Shown in pieces: positions 1 through 8,252 of a stretch of 37,700 nt of DNA. A program made the translations under genes and the position numbers. This DNA is from a virus (lineage: Duplodnaviria; Caudoviricetes). Each line of letters starts with the position of its first letter. Position 1 is the first letter of the stretch. The stretch is taken from the IMG/VR virus record IMGVR_UViG_3300005326_000089, positions 1 to 37,700 of that record; one strand, given 5' to 3'. A model generated the notes under the pieces. That model searched no databases. It worked only from the letters and a program-made list of their open reading frames with translations, and had not been told where the DNA came from.

Positions 1-69
1 AAGAAGGTTTTTCGTGTCCGCAAAATTAAAGTTTCCTATTGACCGCCCCGACCCCGATAGGCGCAAATT

Positions 70-474
70 ATGGCCCGCCCGAGATTACCGACCGCTATTT
101 TGGAATCTCGGGGGGCGTTCAAAAAGGACCCGGCGAGGGGCCGCGAGCGCGAGGACGAAGTTACCGGAGGCGAACCGCTCGGCGACCGCCCCCAGGATCT
201 ACCGGTCGATGTGGCCGTGGTGTGGGATGAGCTGGTCGACTGCGCACACGCCGGGGTCCTCTGTAAATCCGATCGGCAGTCACTTGAAATAGCGGCCCGC
301 CTCATGGCGGAAATGCGCTCCAAGGGAACGAAGATGGAAGCCGGCAAAATCGCCAGGCTGCAGGCCGCACTCGGCGAGCTCGGCATGTCTCCCGCCTCCC
401 GGTCGAAAGTGAAAGGCCCCGCGAAGGCGGCCCCGAAAAACGCTTTCGCGGGCATCGTCAAAAAATCCGCATGA
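70..474 (+). CDS. terS: Terminase small subunit (P27-like)
   Basis: MARPRLPTA..E.RG N-terminus and ELGMSPASRSKV C-terminal motif typical of P27-family TerS; ATGA overlap with terL. Confidence 0.88.
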   Translation: MARPRLPTAILESRGAFKKDPARGREREDEVTGGEPLGDRPQDLPVDVAVVWDELVDCAHAGVLCKSDRQSLEIAARLMAEMRSKGTKMEAGKIARLQAALGELGMSPASRSKVKGPAKAAPKNAFAGIVKKSA

Positions 475-2189
475 CGTCCGAGGCGCCCCACGTCGACGCA
501 GCGGAGGAATACGCGCGGGGCGTGCTGGCGGGGAGCGTGCCGGCCGGCAAGTGGGTAAAGGCCGCGGCGAAACGGTTCGTCGAGGAGCTCGACGCCCAGC
601 TACAACCCGACTTCCCCTACTACTTTTCGGACGATGAGGGCGAGCGCGTCTGTGCTTTCATCGAGCAGCTATCGCACGTAAAAGGCAAGTGGGCGAAGGG
701 CGGCGAGCGGATCCACCTCGAGCCCTGGCAGTGCTTTATCGTGGTCAATATCTTCGGGTGGCTGCGCAAGCGAGACCACACCCGGCGCTACCGGGAAACG
801 TACCTCGAGATCCCCCGGAAAAACGGTAAGTCGGTCCTGGCGGCGGGCATCGGCTTGTGGATGTTCACGGGGGACGATGAGCATGGCGCCGAGGTGTACG
901 CAGGCGCCACCACGGAAAAGCAGGCGTGGGAGGTATTTCGGCCGGCGAAACAAATGCTCGAGCAGTGCCCCGAGTTGCAGGAGGCCACCGGCGCCGAGGC
1001 GTGGGCAAAGGCCCTTTCTGTTCCGTCCGACCTGTCTCGCTTTGAGCCGGTCATCGGCAAGCCTGGCGACGGCGCGTCCCCCTCGTGCGGCATCGTGGAT
1101 GAGTACCACGAGCACGACACGCCGGACATGGTCGACACGTTCATCACCGGCATGGGCGCGCGCGAGCAACCGCTGCTCCTCATCATTACGACGGCCGGGT
1201 ATAACACCGGCGGCCCGTGCTACGCCAAGCGGGAGCAGGCGTGCAAAGTGCTCGACGGGGTGCTCGATAACCCCGAATTGTTCGCGCTCATGTACAGCAT
1301 TGACGCGGAGGACGACTGGACGGACCCGGCCGTGCTGCGCAAGGCAAATCCGAATTTCGGGGTGTCGGTCGACGGGGAGTTCCTCGAGGCCCAGCAGCGG
1401 CAGGCCACGCTCAACCCGGACCAGCAAACGCGGTTCCGGACGAAACACCTCAACGAGTGGTGTAACGCTAAAACCGCCTGGATGAGTGCCCCCTTGTGGA
1501 AGGCCGCCACCGACCCGGCGCTTGCGCGTGACGAGCTCATCGCCGAGCGCGCGGAGTGCTTCATATCGGTCGACCTGGCGTCAAAGACCGACCTTGCCTC
1601 AGAGCAGACGATATTCCGCCGGCTGCTCGACGGGCGGTGGCATTACTACCTGTTCGGCCGGTACTGGCTGCCCGAGGAAACGATCGAGGAACCCGGAGCG
1701 GCGAATCAGCACCTTTACCGGCGGTGGGTCATCGAGGGGTGGCTGACCGCCACCGAGGGCGCGACGATCGACTACGACGTCATCGTGGAGCAGGTAAAGC
1801 AGGACCTGAAAGCCACGAACGCGGGGGAATTCATTTTCGACCCGTTCAACGCCACGCACCTGGCGAACAAGGTAAGCGAGGCGGCTGGGGACTCGGTCGC
1901 GGTGGTAGAGTTCCAGCAAAAGCCGTGGAACTTCGCAGTGCCAATGGACGACATAACCGCGGCCTTGAAAGACGGCCGGTTCCACCACGACGGCAACCCG
2001 ATCACCGCGTGGTGCATGTCCAACGTCGTCGGCAAGGTGGCGAAAAAGGACATGTATAGCCCGACGAAAGAGCGGCCGGAGAACAAAATAGATGGCGCAG
2101 TCGCCACGATTATGGCAATGTCCCGCGCTATGGCAGAGGACCCCGTCGACGAGGGTATTGATTCATGGCTGAAAAAAGCGGTCGTTTGA
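471..2189 (+). CDS. terL: Terminase large subunit (Terminase_1 type)
   Basis: LEPWQ adenine-binding motif, Walker A EIPRKNGKS, Walker B GIVDEYHEH, ITTAG coupling motif, nuclease VDLASKTD and KIDGAVA. Confidence 0.97.
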   Translation: MTSEAPHVDAAEEYARGVLAGSVPAGKWVKAAAKRFVEELDAQLQPDFPYYFSDDEGERVCAFIEQLSHVKGKWAKGGERIHLEPWQCFIVVNIFGWLRKRDHTRRYRETYLEIPRKNGKSVLAAGIGLWMFTGDDEHGAEVYAGATTEKQAWEVFRPAKQMLEQCPELQEATGAEAWAKALSVPSDLSRFEPVIGKPGDGASPSCGIVDEYHEHDTPDMVDTFITGMGAREQPLLLIITTAGYNTGGPCYAKREQACKVLDGVLDNPELFALMYSIDAEDDWTDPAVLRKANPNFGVSVDGEFLEAQQRQATLNPDQQTRFRTKHLNEWCNAKTAWMSAPLWKAATDPALARDELIAERAECFISVDLASKTDLASEQTIFRRLLDGRWHYYLFGRYWLPEETIEEPGAANQHLYRRWVIEGWLTATEGATIDYDVIVEQVKQDLKATNAGEFIFDPFNATHLANKVSEAAGDSVAVVEFQQKPWNFAVPMDDITAALKDGRFHHDGNPITAWCMSNVVGKVAKKDMYSPTKERPENKIDGAVATIMAMSRAMAEDPVDEGIDSWLKKAVV

Positions 2190-3400
2190 GTATCGTACAG
2201 CGGGCGGCGCTTTGGGCGGCCTCGAAAGCGCTGGGCGGCACGACCCACGCGCTCACGGATCACGACGCGGTGGCCCGCCTCCTCGGCCACCGCAACGACG
2301 CGGGCGTCCTGGTGACGGAGCAAACGGCGCTTCAGGTTTCCGCCGTGTTCAGCTGCAACCGGGTTCTCTCGGAGACCGTGGGGTCGCTCCCGTGGGCGTT
2401 CTACGAGCGCGACAGCAACGGCAACATGACGAAGATCGACCATGACCTCGGCGCGGTGCTGATCGACATGCCGAATCCGGACATGACCAGCCAAGAGCTC
2501 CGGGAATCGCAAATGCTCCGGCTCGGCCTGTGCGGCAATGCGTACGCCCACATCAGCCGGCGCCGGTTCGACGGGTCCGTTATTTCGGTACAACCGGACG
2601 ACGCGATCGTCCCGCACGTGCGCGACGGCCGCCTCGCTTACAAGCGCGGGAACGAGTGGCTCAACACCGACGACGTGTGGCACCTCAAGGGGTTCGGTAA
2701 TGGCCTCGTCGGCTTGTCCCCGGTGGGCATGGCGCGGCAGGCGTTCGGCCTGGCCCTGGCGACCGAGAGTTTCGGAGCGCGGTTTTTCAAGGAGGGCGCG
2801 TCGGCCGCCGGCATCATCAAAAGCAAAGACTGGCTAAAGGACGACCAGCGGGAGACCGCCCGCAAACTGCTGGCGGAAATGTGGTCGGGCCTCACCAACA
2901 GCCACAAAGTGCAGCTGCTTGAAGGCGGCATGGAGTACCAGTCGATCACGATGCCGCTCGAGGACGCGCAATTTCTGCAGACTCGGAAATTCCAGGTGAC
3001 GGAGGTCGCGCGCTGGTACCGGGTGCCCCCGCATTTGATCGCGGACCTGGACAGGGCCACGTTTTCCAACATCGAGCAACAGGCCCTTGAGTTCGTGCAG
3101 TACACGCTGCTCCCGTATTTCGTCCGTTACGAGCAAACCGTTCGTAAACTCCTGCCCGAGAAAGACCGCGGGCGGATCCTTTTGCGGTTCAACGTCGACG
3201 GGCTCCTGCGGGCAGACTCGACCAGCCGCGCGGGTCTCTATTCCGTTTTGCTGCAGAATGGTGTAATTTCGCGCAACGAGGCCCGCGCGAGTGAGAACCG
3301 CCCGCGGTCGGATGCCCCGGGCATGGACGACTACACGGTGCAAAGCAACATGATCGGGACAACCCAAATCGGGCAACCGCCGCAGGGGGCAGGAAAATGA
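2186..3400 (+). CDS. Portal protein, HK97 family
   Basis: TALQVSAVFSC, GNAYA, GLSPV, DAQFLQTRKF..EVAR.YRVPPHLI, TFSNIEQQ, NEARA.EN motifs. TTG at 2186 gives a TTGA overlap with terL (ORF track starts at 2165). Confidence 0.96.
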   Translation: MSIVQRAALWAASKALGGTTHALTDHDAVARLLGHRNDAGVLVTEQTALQVSAVFSCNRVLSETVGSLPWAFYERDSNGNMTKIDHDLGAVLIDMPNPDMTSQELRESQMLRLGLCGNAYAHISRRRFDGSVISVQPDDAIVPHVRDGRLAYKRGNEWLNTDDVWHLKGFGNGLVGLSPVGMARQAFGLALATESFGARFFKEGASAAGIIKSKDWLKDDQRETARKLLAEMWSGLTNSHKVQLLEGGMEYQSITMPLEDAQFLQTRKFQVTEVARWYRVPPHLIADLDRATFSNIEQQALEFVQYTLLPYFVRYEQTVRKLLPEKDRGRILLRFNVDGLLRADSTSRAGLYSVLLQNGVISRNEARASENRPRSDAPGMDDYTVQSNMIGTTQIGQPPQGAGK

Positions 3401-4038
3401 AAACGCTTCACGCGCCGACCGAGTTCAAAGCGATCGGGGACTCCGGGAGTTTCGAGGGCTACGCCAGCGTCTTCGGGAACGTCGACCTCGGCGGCGACGT
3501 CATCGAGCGCGGGGCGTTCAAAGAGTTCGTAAAGAACGGTGACGGCAAGGTCGTCGTCCTGTGGCAGCACCGCAGCGACTCCCCCCTCGGGGTGGCCGAG
3601 GTGAAGCAGGACGACGCCGGCCTGTATTTTTCCGGGCAACTGGTCCTCGACGACCCGCAGGCGCGGAAGGCGCACGCCCACATGAAAGCCGGTAGCGTGC
3701 GCGGAATGTCGATCGGCTACGACGTCATGGCCGGCGGGGCGGAGGTCCTCAAGAGCGGCATCCGCTCTTTGAAGGCGCTTAAGCTGTGGGAGATCTCGGT
3801 CGTAACGTTCGGGATGAACCCGGCGGCCGGTATCTCCGGAGTGAAGGCGGCGGATATTCGCACGCCTCGAGAATTCGAGACCTTCCTGCGGGACGTGGGG
3901 GGTTACTCGGCGAACCAGGCCAAGGCGATCGCCTCGGAAGGGTTCAAAGCTTTGGACCGTGACACACGGGACGTGTGCACCCCGGAGCAGGTAGCGCAAA
4001 AGCTGGCCGAAGCGATGGCCGAATTCAAAATCCTGTGA
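3397..4038 (+). CDS. Prohead maturation protease, HK97 family
   Basis: FEGYASVFGNVD.GGDVI..GAF, LWQH, GMSIGY, LWEISVVTF.MNP motifs; lies between portal and capsid. Confidence 0.96.
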   Translation: MKTLHAPTEFKAIGDSGSFEGYASVFGNVDLGGDVIERGAFKEFVKNGDGKVVVLWQHRSDSPLGVAEVKQDDAGLYFSGQLVLDDPQARKAHAHMKAGSVRGMSIGYDVMAGGAEVLKSGIRSLKALKLWEISVVTFGMNPAAGISGVKAADIRTPREFETFLRDVGGYSANQAKAIASEGFKALDRDTRDVCTPEQVAQKLAEAMAEFKIL

Positions 4039-4050
4039 GAGGTACACATC

Positions 4051-5367
4051 ATGCAACGTAAATTCCTTTGGGGCCTGGGCGCAATCCTCGGCCTGTTCGC
4101 GTCGGTGGCTTTCGGCGCGGATCCCGCGGCGGCCGCAATCGTCGGCCTGTGCGTCGGAAACATCGAAGTGAAGGACCTGGAAGCGCTCCAAGAGACTCTG
4201 AAAAAGGGCCTCAAGGAAGTCCGCGAGCAGACCGGCGAGAAACTCGAGACCGCGCTGCAGGAGGTCAAAACGATCGGCACCCTGGTCGGCGACACGAACA
4301 AAGAGCTCACGAAGCTCGGCGAAAAGTCCGCGGAAGTTCAGCAGCGACTGCTCGAGGTCGAACAGAAACTGGCACACCGTGGCAACGCCCCGGACCCGCG
4401 CGAGGTCAAGAGCCTCGGCGCGATGGTGTCCGATTCGGACGAGTTCAAGGCGGCCCTTGCGCTGGGCAGCCGCGCGCGCGAAATTGACGCGGTGCAGGTC
4501 GGCAGCTTCCACAAAACCGCGATCATCAACGCCACCGGCCAGAACCAGCCGCTCGTCCCGTCCGATCGCCTCGGCGGCATCGTCACGCCGGCGGAACGCC
4601 TGCTCACCATCCGTTCGCTGATCCCGGTCGGCACCACCGACAGCAACCTCATCGAGTACGCGAAAGAAAACGTTTTCACCAACAACGCGGGCCCGCAGTA
4701 TTCCAGCCCCGCGAAGGAAAACGTCGCCAAGAATGAGTCGGCGATCACCTTCACGCTGGCGACCGCCGCGGTGGTGACGCTGGCCCACTGGATCCCCGCG
4801 TCGCGCCAAGTCCTGGCCGATGCCGGCATGCTGCGCGGCTACATTGACGGCCGCCTCACGTACGGGATGAAGCTCGAGGAGGAGGACGAGATCCTCAACG
4901 GCGACGGCACCGGCGGCAAGCTGGATGGCCTCATCAACCAGGCCACCGCCTACACTGGCGCCACCACCGGCGACCAGGCCCTCGACACCCTGCTGCGCGC
5001 GTTCCTGCAGGTCACGACCGGCAGCGAGTTCGTCGCCGATGGCGCGGTGCTGAATCACGCGGACTGGACCGGTATCCTGCTGCTCAAGGACACCACCGGT
5101 CGTTACCTGTTCGGGGACCCGGGCGCGCAGCAAGCACCGCGCGTGTGGGGCCGTCCGGTGGTGCCGACGAACAGCATGACCGCCGGCAGCTTCCTGGTCG
5201 GTGCCTTCACGCTGGCCGCCCAACTGTGGGACCGCGAGCAGGCCACCATCCGGGTCGCCGAGCAGCATAGCGACTTTTTCGTCAAGAACATGGTCGCCAT
5301 TCTGGCCGAGGAGCGTCTTGCGCTCACCGTGTTCCGCCCGACCGCGCTCGTCAAGGGCACGCTGTAA
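4051..5367 (+). CDS. Major capsid protein, HK97 fold, with delta-domain and a hydrophobic N-terminal leader
   Basis: Coiled-coil N-terminal region, TLAHWIPASRQVLAD, EEDEILNGDGTG, KDTTGRYL, FVKNMVAILAEERLAL.V.RP.A; SD GAGAGG upstream. Confidence 0.96.
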   Translation: MQRKFLWGLGAILGLFASVAFGADPAAAAIVGLCVGNIEVKDLEALQETLKKGLKEVREQTGEKLETALQEVKTIGTLVGDTNKELTKLGEKSAEVQQRLLEVEQKLAHRGNAPDPREVKSLGAMVSDSDEFKAALALGSRAREIDAVQVGSFHKTAIINATGQNQPLVPSDRLGGIVTPAERLLTIRSLIPVGTTDSNLIEYAKENVFTNNAGPQYSSPAKENVAKNESAITFTLATAAVVTLAHWIPASRQVLADAGMLRGYIDGRLTYGMKLEEEDEILNGDGTGGKLDGLINQATAYTGATTGDQALDTLLRAFLQVTTGSEFVADGAVLNHADWTGILLLKDTTGRYLFGDPGAQQAPRVWGRPVVPTNSMTAGSFLVGAFTLAAQLWDREQATIRVAEQHSDFFVKNMVAILAEERLALTVFRPTALVKGTL

Positions 5368-5408
5368 GATGACCGCAGCGGCGGACATGTCCGCGGCGTA
5401 GCGTAACG

Positions 5409-5446
5409 GGGCGGGCCTCTCGCAAGGGGGGCCCGCCCTTTATTTT
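5409..5446 (+). terminator. Intrinsic terminator downstream of the capsid gene
   Basis: 13-bp stem GGGCGGGCCTCTC / GGGGGGCCCGCCC (two G-U pairs) with GCAA tetraloop, followed by TTTATTTT. Confidence 0.85.
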
Positions 5447-5456
5447 GGGAGCAACC

Positions 5457-5834
5457 ATGCAACCTGTGAAAATGATCGTCACCGCCCGCTATATCGGCGA
5501 GGAGGGGTCGAAGCGGCCCGGGGATATCATCCTCGTTACCGAGCGGCGCGCGGCGCAGCTGGAAGCGTCGAGCGCGGCAAAGCGGGAGGGCCTCGAGCTA
5601 AAAAAGCCGAGTTCGCCGGACAGTGGGCCGGCGCAACCGCCTGCATCATCGCAGGCGGCCCCAGCCTTACCGCCGCAGATTGCGAGCACGCAGCCGGCCG
5701 AGGATGGCGCCTCGTCGGTATCAACGACGCCTATCGCATCGCCCCCCGCCTCGACGTCCTCTACGCCTGTGATGGTCGATGGTGGGACGCCCACGAAGCG
5801 CGGGCGCGGGAGGCCGCCCAAGGCGCGCGGTTAG
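5457..5834 (+). CDS. Small head-associated protein (0-frame product, 125 aa): ~50-aa N-terminal domain, Ser/Thr/Pro-rich linker, C-terminal AT-hook
   Basis: SD GGGAG (5447-5451) before ATG 5457; N-terminus VKMIVTARYIGEEGSKRPGDIILVTERRAAQLEASSAAK resembles small post-capsid proteins; ends in TPTKRGRGRPPKARG. Confidence 0.75.
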   Translation: MQPVKMIVTARYIGEEGSKRPGDIILVTERRAAQLEASSAAKREGLELKKPSSPDSGPAQPPASSQAAPALPPQIASTQPAEDGASSVSTTPIASPPASTSSTPVMVDGGTPTKRGRGRPPKARG

Positions 5835-6214
5835 TCACCCGGGACGAGGCCGCCGCCGCGCGCTACGGGCTGGAATGGATCCGTAGCGACAAGGGCCGCG
5901 GCTTGAACCGGGACCCCGCGGTCATCAACGAGGGCGGGAACAGCGGGTATCAAGCCATAAACCTTGCCTATCATGCCGGCGCCCGCCGCATCGTGCTCCT
6001 CGGGTTCGACATGCAACGCACCGCGGGCCGCTCGCACTGGTTCGGAGACCACCCCGGCCGGATGAATGTGCCCAGCCCTTACGAGCAGTGGGTCGCAGCG
6101 TTCCGGCCCCTGGCGGCGGATCTGGCGGCGGAGGGGGTGGAGGTTATCAACGCGTCGAGGGCGACCGCCCTTGATTGTTTTCCGGGGGCGGAGCTTGAAT
6201 CCATTGTTGATTGA
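5457..6214 (+). CDS. -1 frameshift fusion (~252 aa): N-terminal 50-aa domain plus Maf/MptE-like (DUF115; sialyltransferase-like fold) putative glycosyltransferase
   Basis: -1 frame from 5600 reads KKAEFAGQWAGATACIIAGGPSL...LVGINDAYR...VLYACDGRWW...GGNSGYQAINLAYHAGARRIVLLGFDM...HWFGDHP...VEVINAS. The frame is open 5402-6214 with no ATG/GTG/TTG before 5903. Confidence 0.8.
5584..5637 (+). other. Programmed -1 ribosomal frameshift signal (dnaX-like)
   Basis: GGGAGG at 5584-5589, 10 nt upstream of in-frame A AAA AAG (5600-5606); hairpin GTT-CGCCGG(5611-5619)/CCGGCG-c-AAC(5628-5637) downstream. Confidence 0.85.
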
Positions 6215-7052
6215 CGGCATGCACGGGCTGGGGGACAACCTGTACCAGCGAGCGGTACTGCGGGAGTACCACCGCGACCGCGACGTGTACCTCGTGACCT
6301 CGTGGCCGCAGCTATACGCGGATCTCCCGCACGTGCGGCCCGTCCGGCACCCGAACGTTCGCCTACGCACGCAGGCCAAAAACGCCGGAATGCACGGGCA
6401 CCGGTGGCACGCCCCGCCGCCTGGCGCCGAACGCGTCCGCTGGCACTACGCCCCGAGCGGGGGAACGATCCTCGAGAGCCTATGCGCGGGCCTCGGTATC
6501 GCCCCCGCGGCGCTCGATATGGCGGGCCCCGCGGTATCGCCCCCGAGCGGACTACCCGAACGGTACGTCGTCATCCGTCCCGCTACCATCCGGGCGGAGT
6601 GGCGGGCGGATTCCCGCAACCCCCGCCCCGAGTATCTCGCCCTAGCGGCCGAGGCGGCGCGGGCGGCCGGGTATGCCGTGGTAAGCGTGGCGGACCTCAA
6701 GGCGGGCGAGGAATGGGCACTCGACCCCCTCCCACCGGCGGACATGCGGTACCACGCGGGCGAGCTCGTGCTGCCGGACCTGCTCGGCCTCGTGGCAGGC
6801 GCCGCGGCGGTAATCGGCGGAGTCGGGTGGCTCGTGCCGGCGGCTCTTGCGTATCGGCAGCGCATGCTCTTGATTTACGGGGGGTGGGGGTTCCACAATG
6901 GCCCGCAACGGATTTTCGATCGCAGGGTCGACACGTCCGCGATTACGGGCCTGATGCCGGAGCCGTTCTGCATGTGCACGACGCCTGCCCACGCCTGCGA
7001 CAAAACCATAACCGACGTGGAGGCGAAAATTGCTCGATTCTTTGCAAGCTGA
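6195..7052 (+). CDS. Putative glycosyltransferase, GT9 / heptosyltransferase-like (GT-B fold)
   Basis: N-terminal GMHGLGDNLYQ, mid-protein YVVIRPAT...RNP, DLLGLVAGAAAVIGGVGWLVPAALAY..RMLLIYGG and C-terminal PFCMC...C; likely TTG start at 6195 after GGAG. Confidence 0.72.
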   Translation: MNPLLIDGMHGLGDNLYQRAVLREYHRDRDVYLVTSWPQLYADLPHVRPVRHPNVRLRTQAKNAGMHGHRWHAPPPGAERVRWHYAPSGGTILESLCAGLGIAPAALDMAGPAVSPPSGLPERYVVIRPATIRAEWRADSRNPRPEYLALAAEAARAAGYAVVSVADLKAGEEWALDPLPPADMRYHAGELVLPDLLGLVAGAAAVIGGVGWLVPAALAYRQRMLLIYGGWGFHNGPQRIFDRRVDTSAITGLMPEPFCMCTTPAHACDKTITDVEAKIARFFAS

Positions 7053-7647
7053 CCGGCTGCGGTGGTACCCCGAGGTCGGGGTGGGGTACTACCCGGTACC
7101 GCCCGAGGCGGCCCCCTACGACGCCGACTACTGGAACCGATATCGCGCGATGGACCGCACGCCCGCGGGGGATGCTCTGACCGCCGCCCGCCTCGGCCTC
7201 GTCGGTGAATATTTCAACGGGGACGCGGTCGACGTCGGCATCGGCGGCGGACGCTTTGTGGAGGACCGGCCGCGCACGCGCGGGTTCGACGTCAACCCCG
7301 AGGCGGTGGCCTGGCTCAAAGGCACCGGTAGGTGGTGCGATCCGTACGCGGGGCCCGTCGACGCGGCTACGTTTTGGGACTCGCTCGAGCACATCCACGA
7401 CCCCCGCGCGCTGCTCTCGAACGTCCGGTATTATGCGTTCGTGAGCTGCCCGATTTTCCGCGGTCCCGAGCACGTCCTGCGGTCGCGGCATTTCCGCCGC
7501 GACGAGCATGTATGGTACTTTACGCCGGAGGGCATCCGGTGGTTTATGGAGGCGCAGGGGTTCCTGATGGTCGAGCACAACGCAATGGAGCAGGACTGCG
7601 GGCGTGAGGATATCGGCACGTTCGTTTTTGCGAGGGGCGAACAGTGA
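7030..7647 (+). CDS. Class I SAM-dependent methyltransferase (Methyltransf_23-like)
   Basis: YDADYW, motif I VDVGIGGGRF, GFDVNP, FWDSLEHIHDP, EHVWYFT; TTG start with GGAGG at 7019-7023. Confidence 0.82.
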   Translation: MLDSLQADRLRWYPEVGVGYYPVPPEAAPYDADYWNRYRAMDRTPAGDALTAARLGLVGEYFNGDAVDVGIGGGRFVEDRPRTRGFDVNPEAVAWLKGTGRWCDPYAGPVDAATFWDSLEHIHDPRALLSNVRYYAFVSCPIFRGPEHVLRSRHFRRDEHVWYFTPEGIRWFMEAQGFLMVEHNAMEQDCGREDIGTFVFARGEQ

Positions 7648-8252
7648 CGACGTATCTAAAGCGCACCGTAACGGCAGTCTCCGAGGTCATGACCTTGCAA
7701 GAGGCGTACCGCCATTGCAGGGTCGACGGGTACGGGGAGAGTCCCCCGCACGAGGACGACGCGCTTATCGCCGACCTCATCCCCGCCGCGCGCCAGCACG
7801 CCGAGAATTTCACCGGCCGCGCGTTCATCGCCTCCACGTATGAGCAGCGGGCGGACTACCTGGCGGACGTGCTGCCCCTCAAGGTCCTACCGGTGCGGGC
7901 GGTCTCGTCCGTCGAGTACGTCGACCAGGACGGAGTCGTGCAAACGCTCGACCCGACGCTCTACGTGTTTGACGACAATCCCACCGCCCCCACCATCCGG
8001 CGCGCGTATCAAGCGATCTACCCGGCAACGCGCGGCGAGGTCGGGGCGGTGCGGATCCACTACACCGCGGGCCCTACGGATGGCACCAGTCCCGACGACG
8101 ACCCGCTCCCACGCACCGCCTACCAAGCGATGGCCCTCATTCTGGCGAGCCTGTACGAGCACCGGGAGGACACAGTCGTCGGCACCACGGCAACCGAGTT
8201 GCCGCTCGGGGCCGCTGCGCTGCTCCGGCCGCTGCGGGTATCGATCCTATGA
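7644..8252 (+). CDS. Head-tail connector (gp6 / phiE125 gp8-like)
   Basis: MTLQEAYRHCRVD..EDDALI..LI.AARQHAENFTGRAFI, SLYEHRE, LPLGAAALLRPLR. Confidence 0.88.
   Translation: MTTYLKRTVTAVSEVMTLQEAYRHCRVDGYGESPPHEDDALIADLIPAARQHAENFTGRAFIASTYEQRADYLADVLPLKVLPVRAVSSVEYVDQDGVVQTLDPTLYVFDDNPTAPTIRRAYQAIYPATRGEVGAVRIHYTAGPTDGTSPDDDPLPRTAYQAMALILASLYEHREDTVVGTTATELPLGAAALLRPLRVSIL

Noticed and set aside
3331-5388. 685-aa antisense ORF and many other long alternative-frame ORFs
   Set aside because: Shadow ORFs of high-GC coding genes; no motifs or SD, and they lie opposite clear structural genes.
5903-6214. 103-aa stand-alone ORF from the ORF track (TTG start)
   Set aside because: It is only the C-terminal half of the Maf/MptE-like domain; the GGPSL, INDAY and YACD motifs lie upstream in the same frame, so it is treated as part of the frameshift product.
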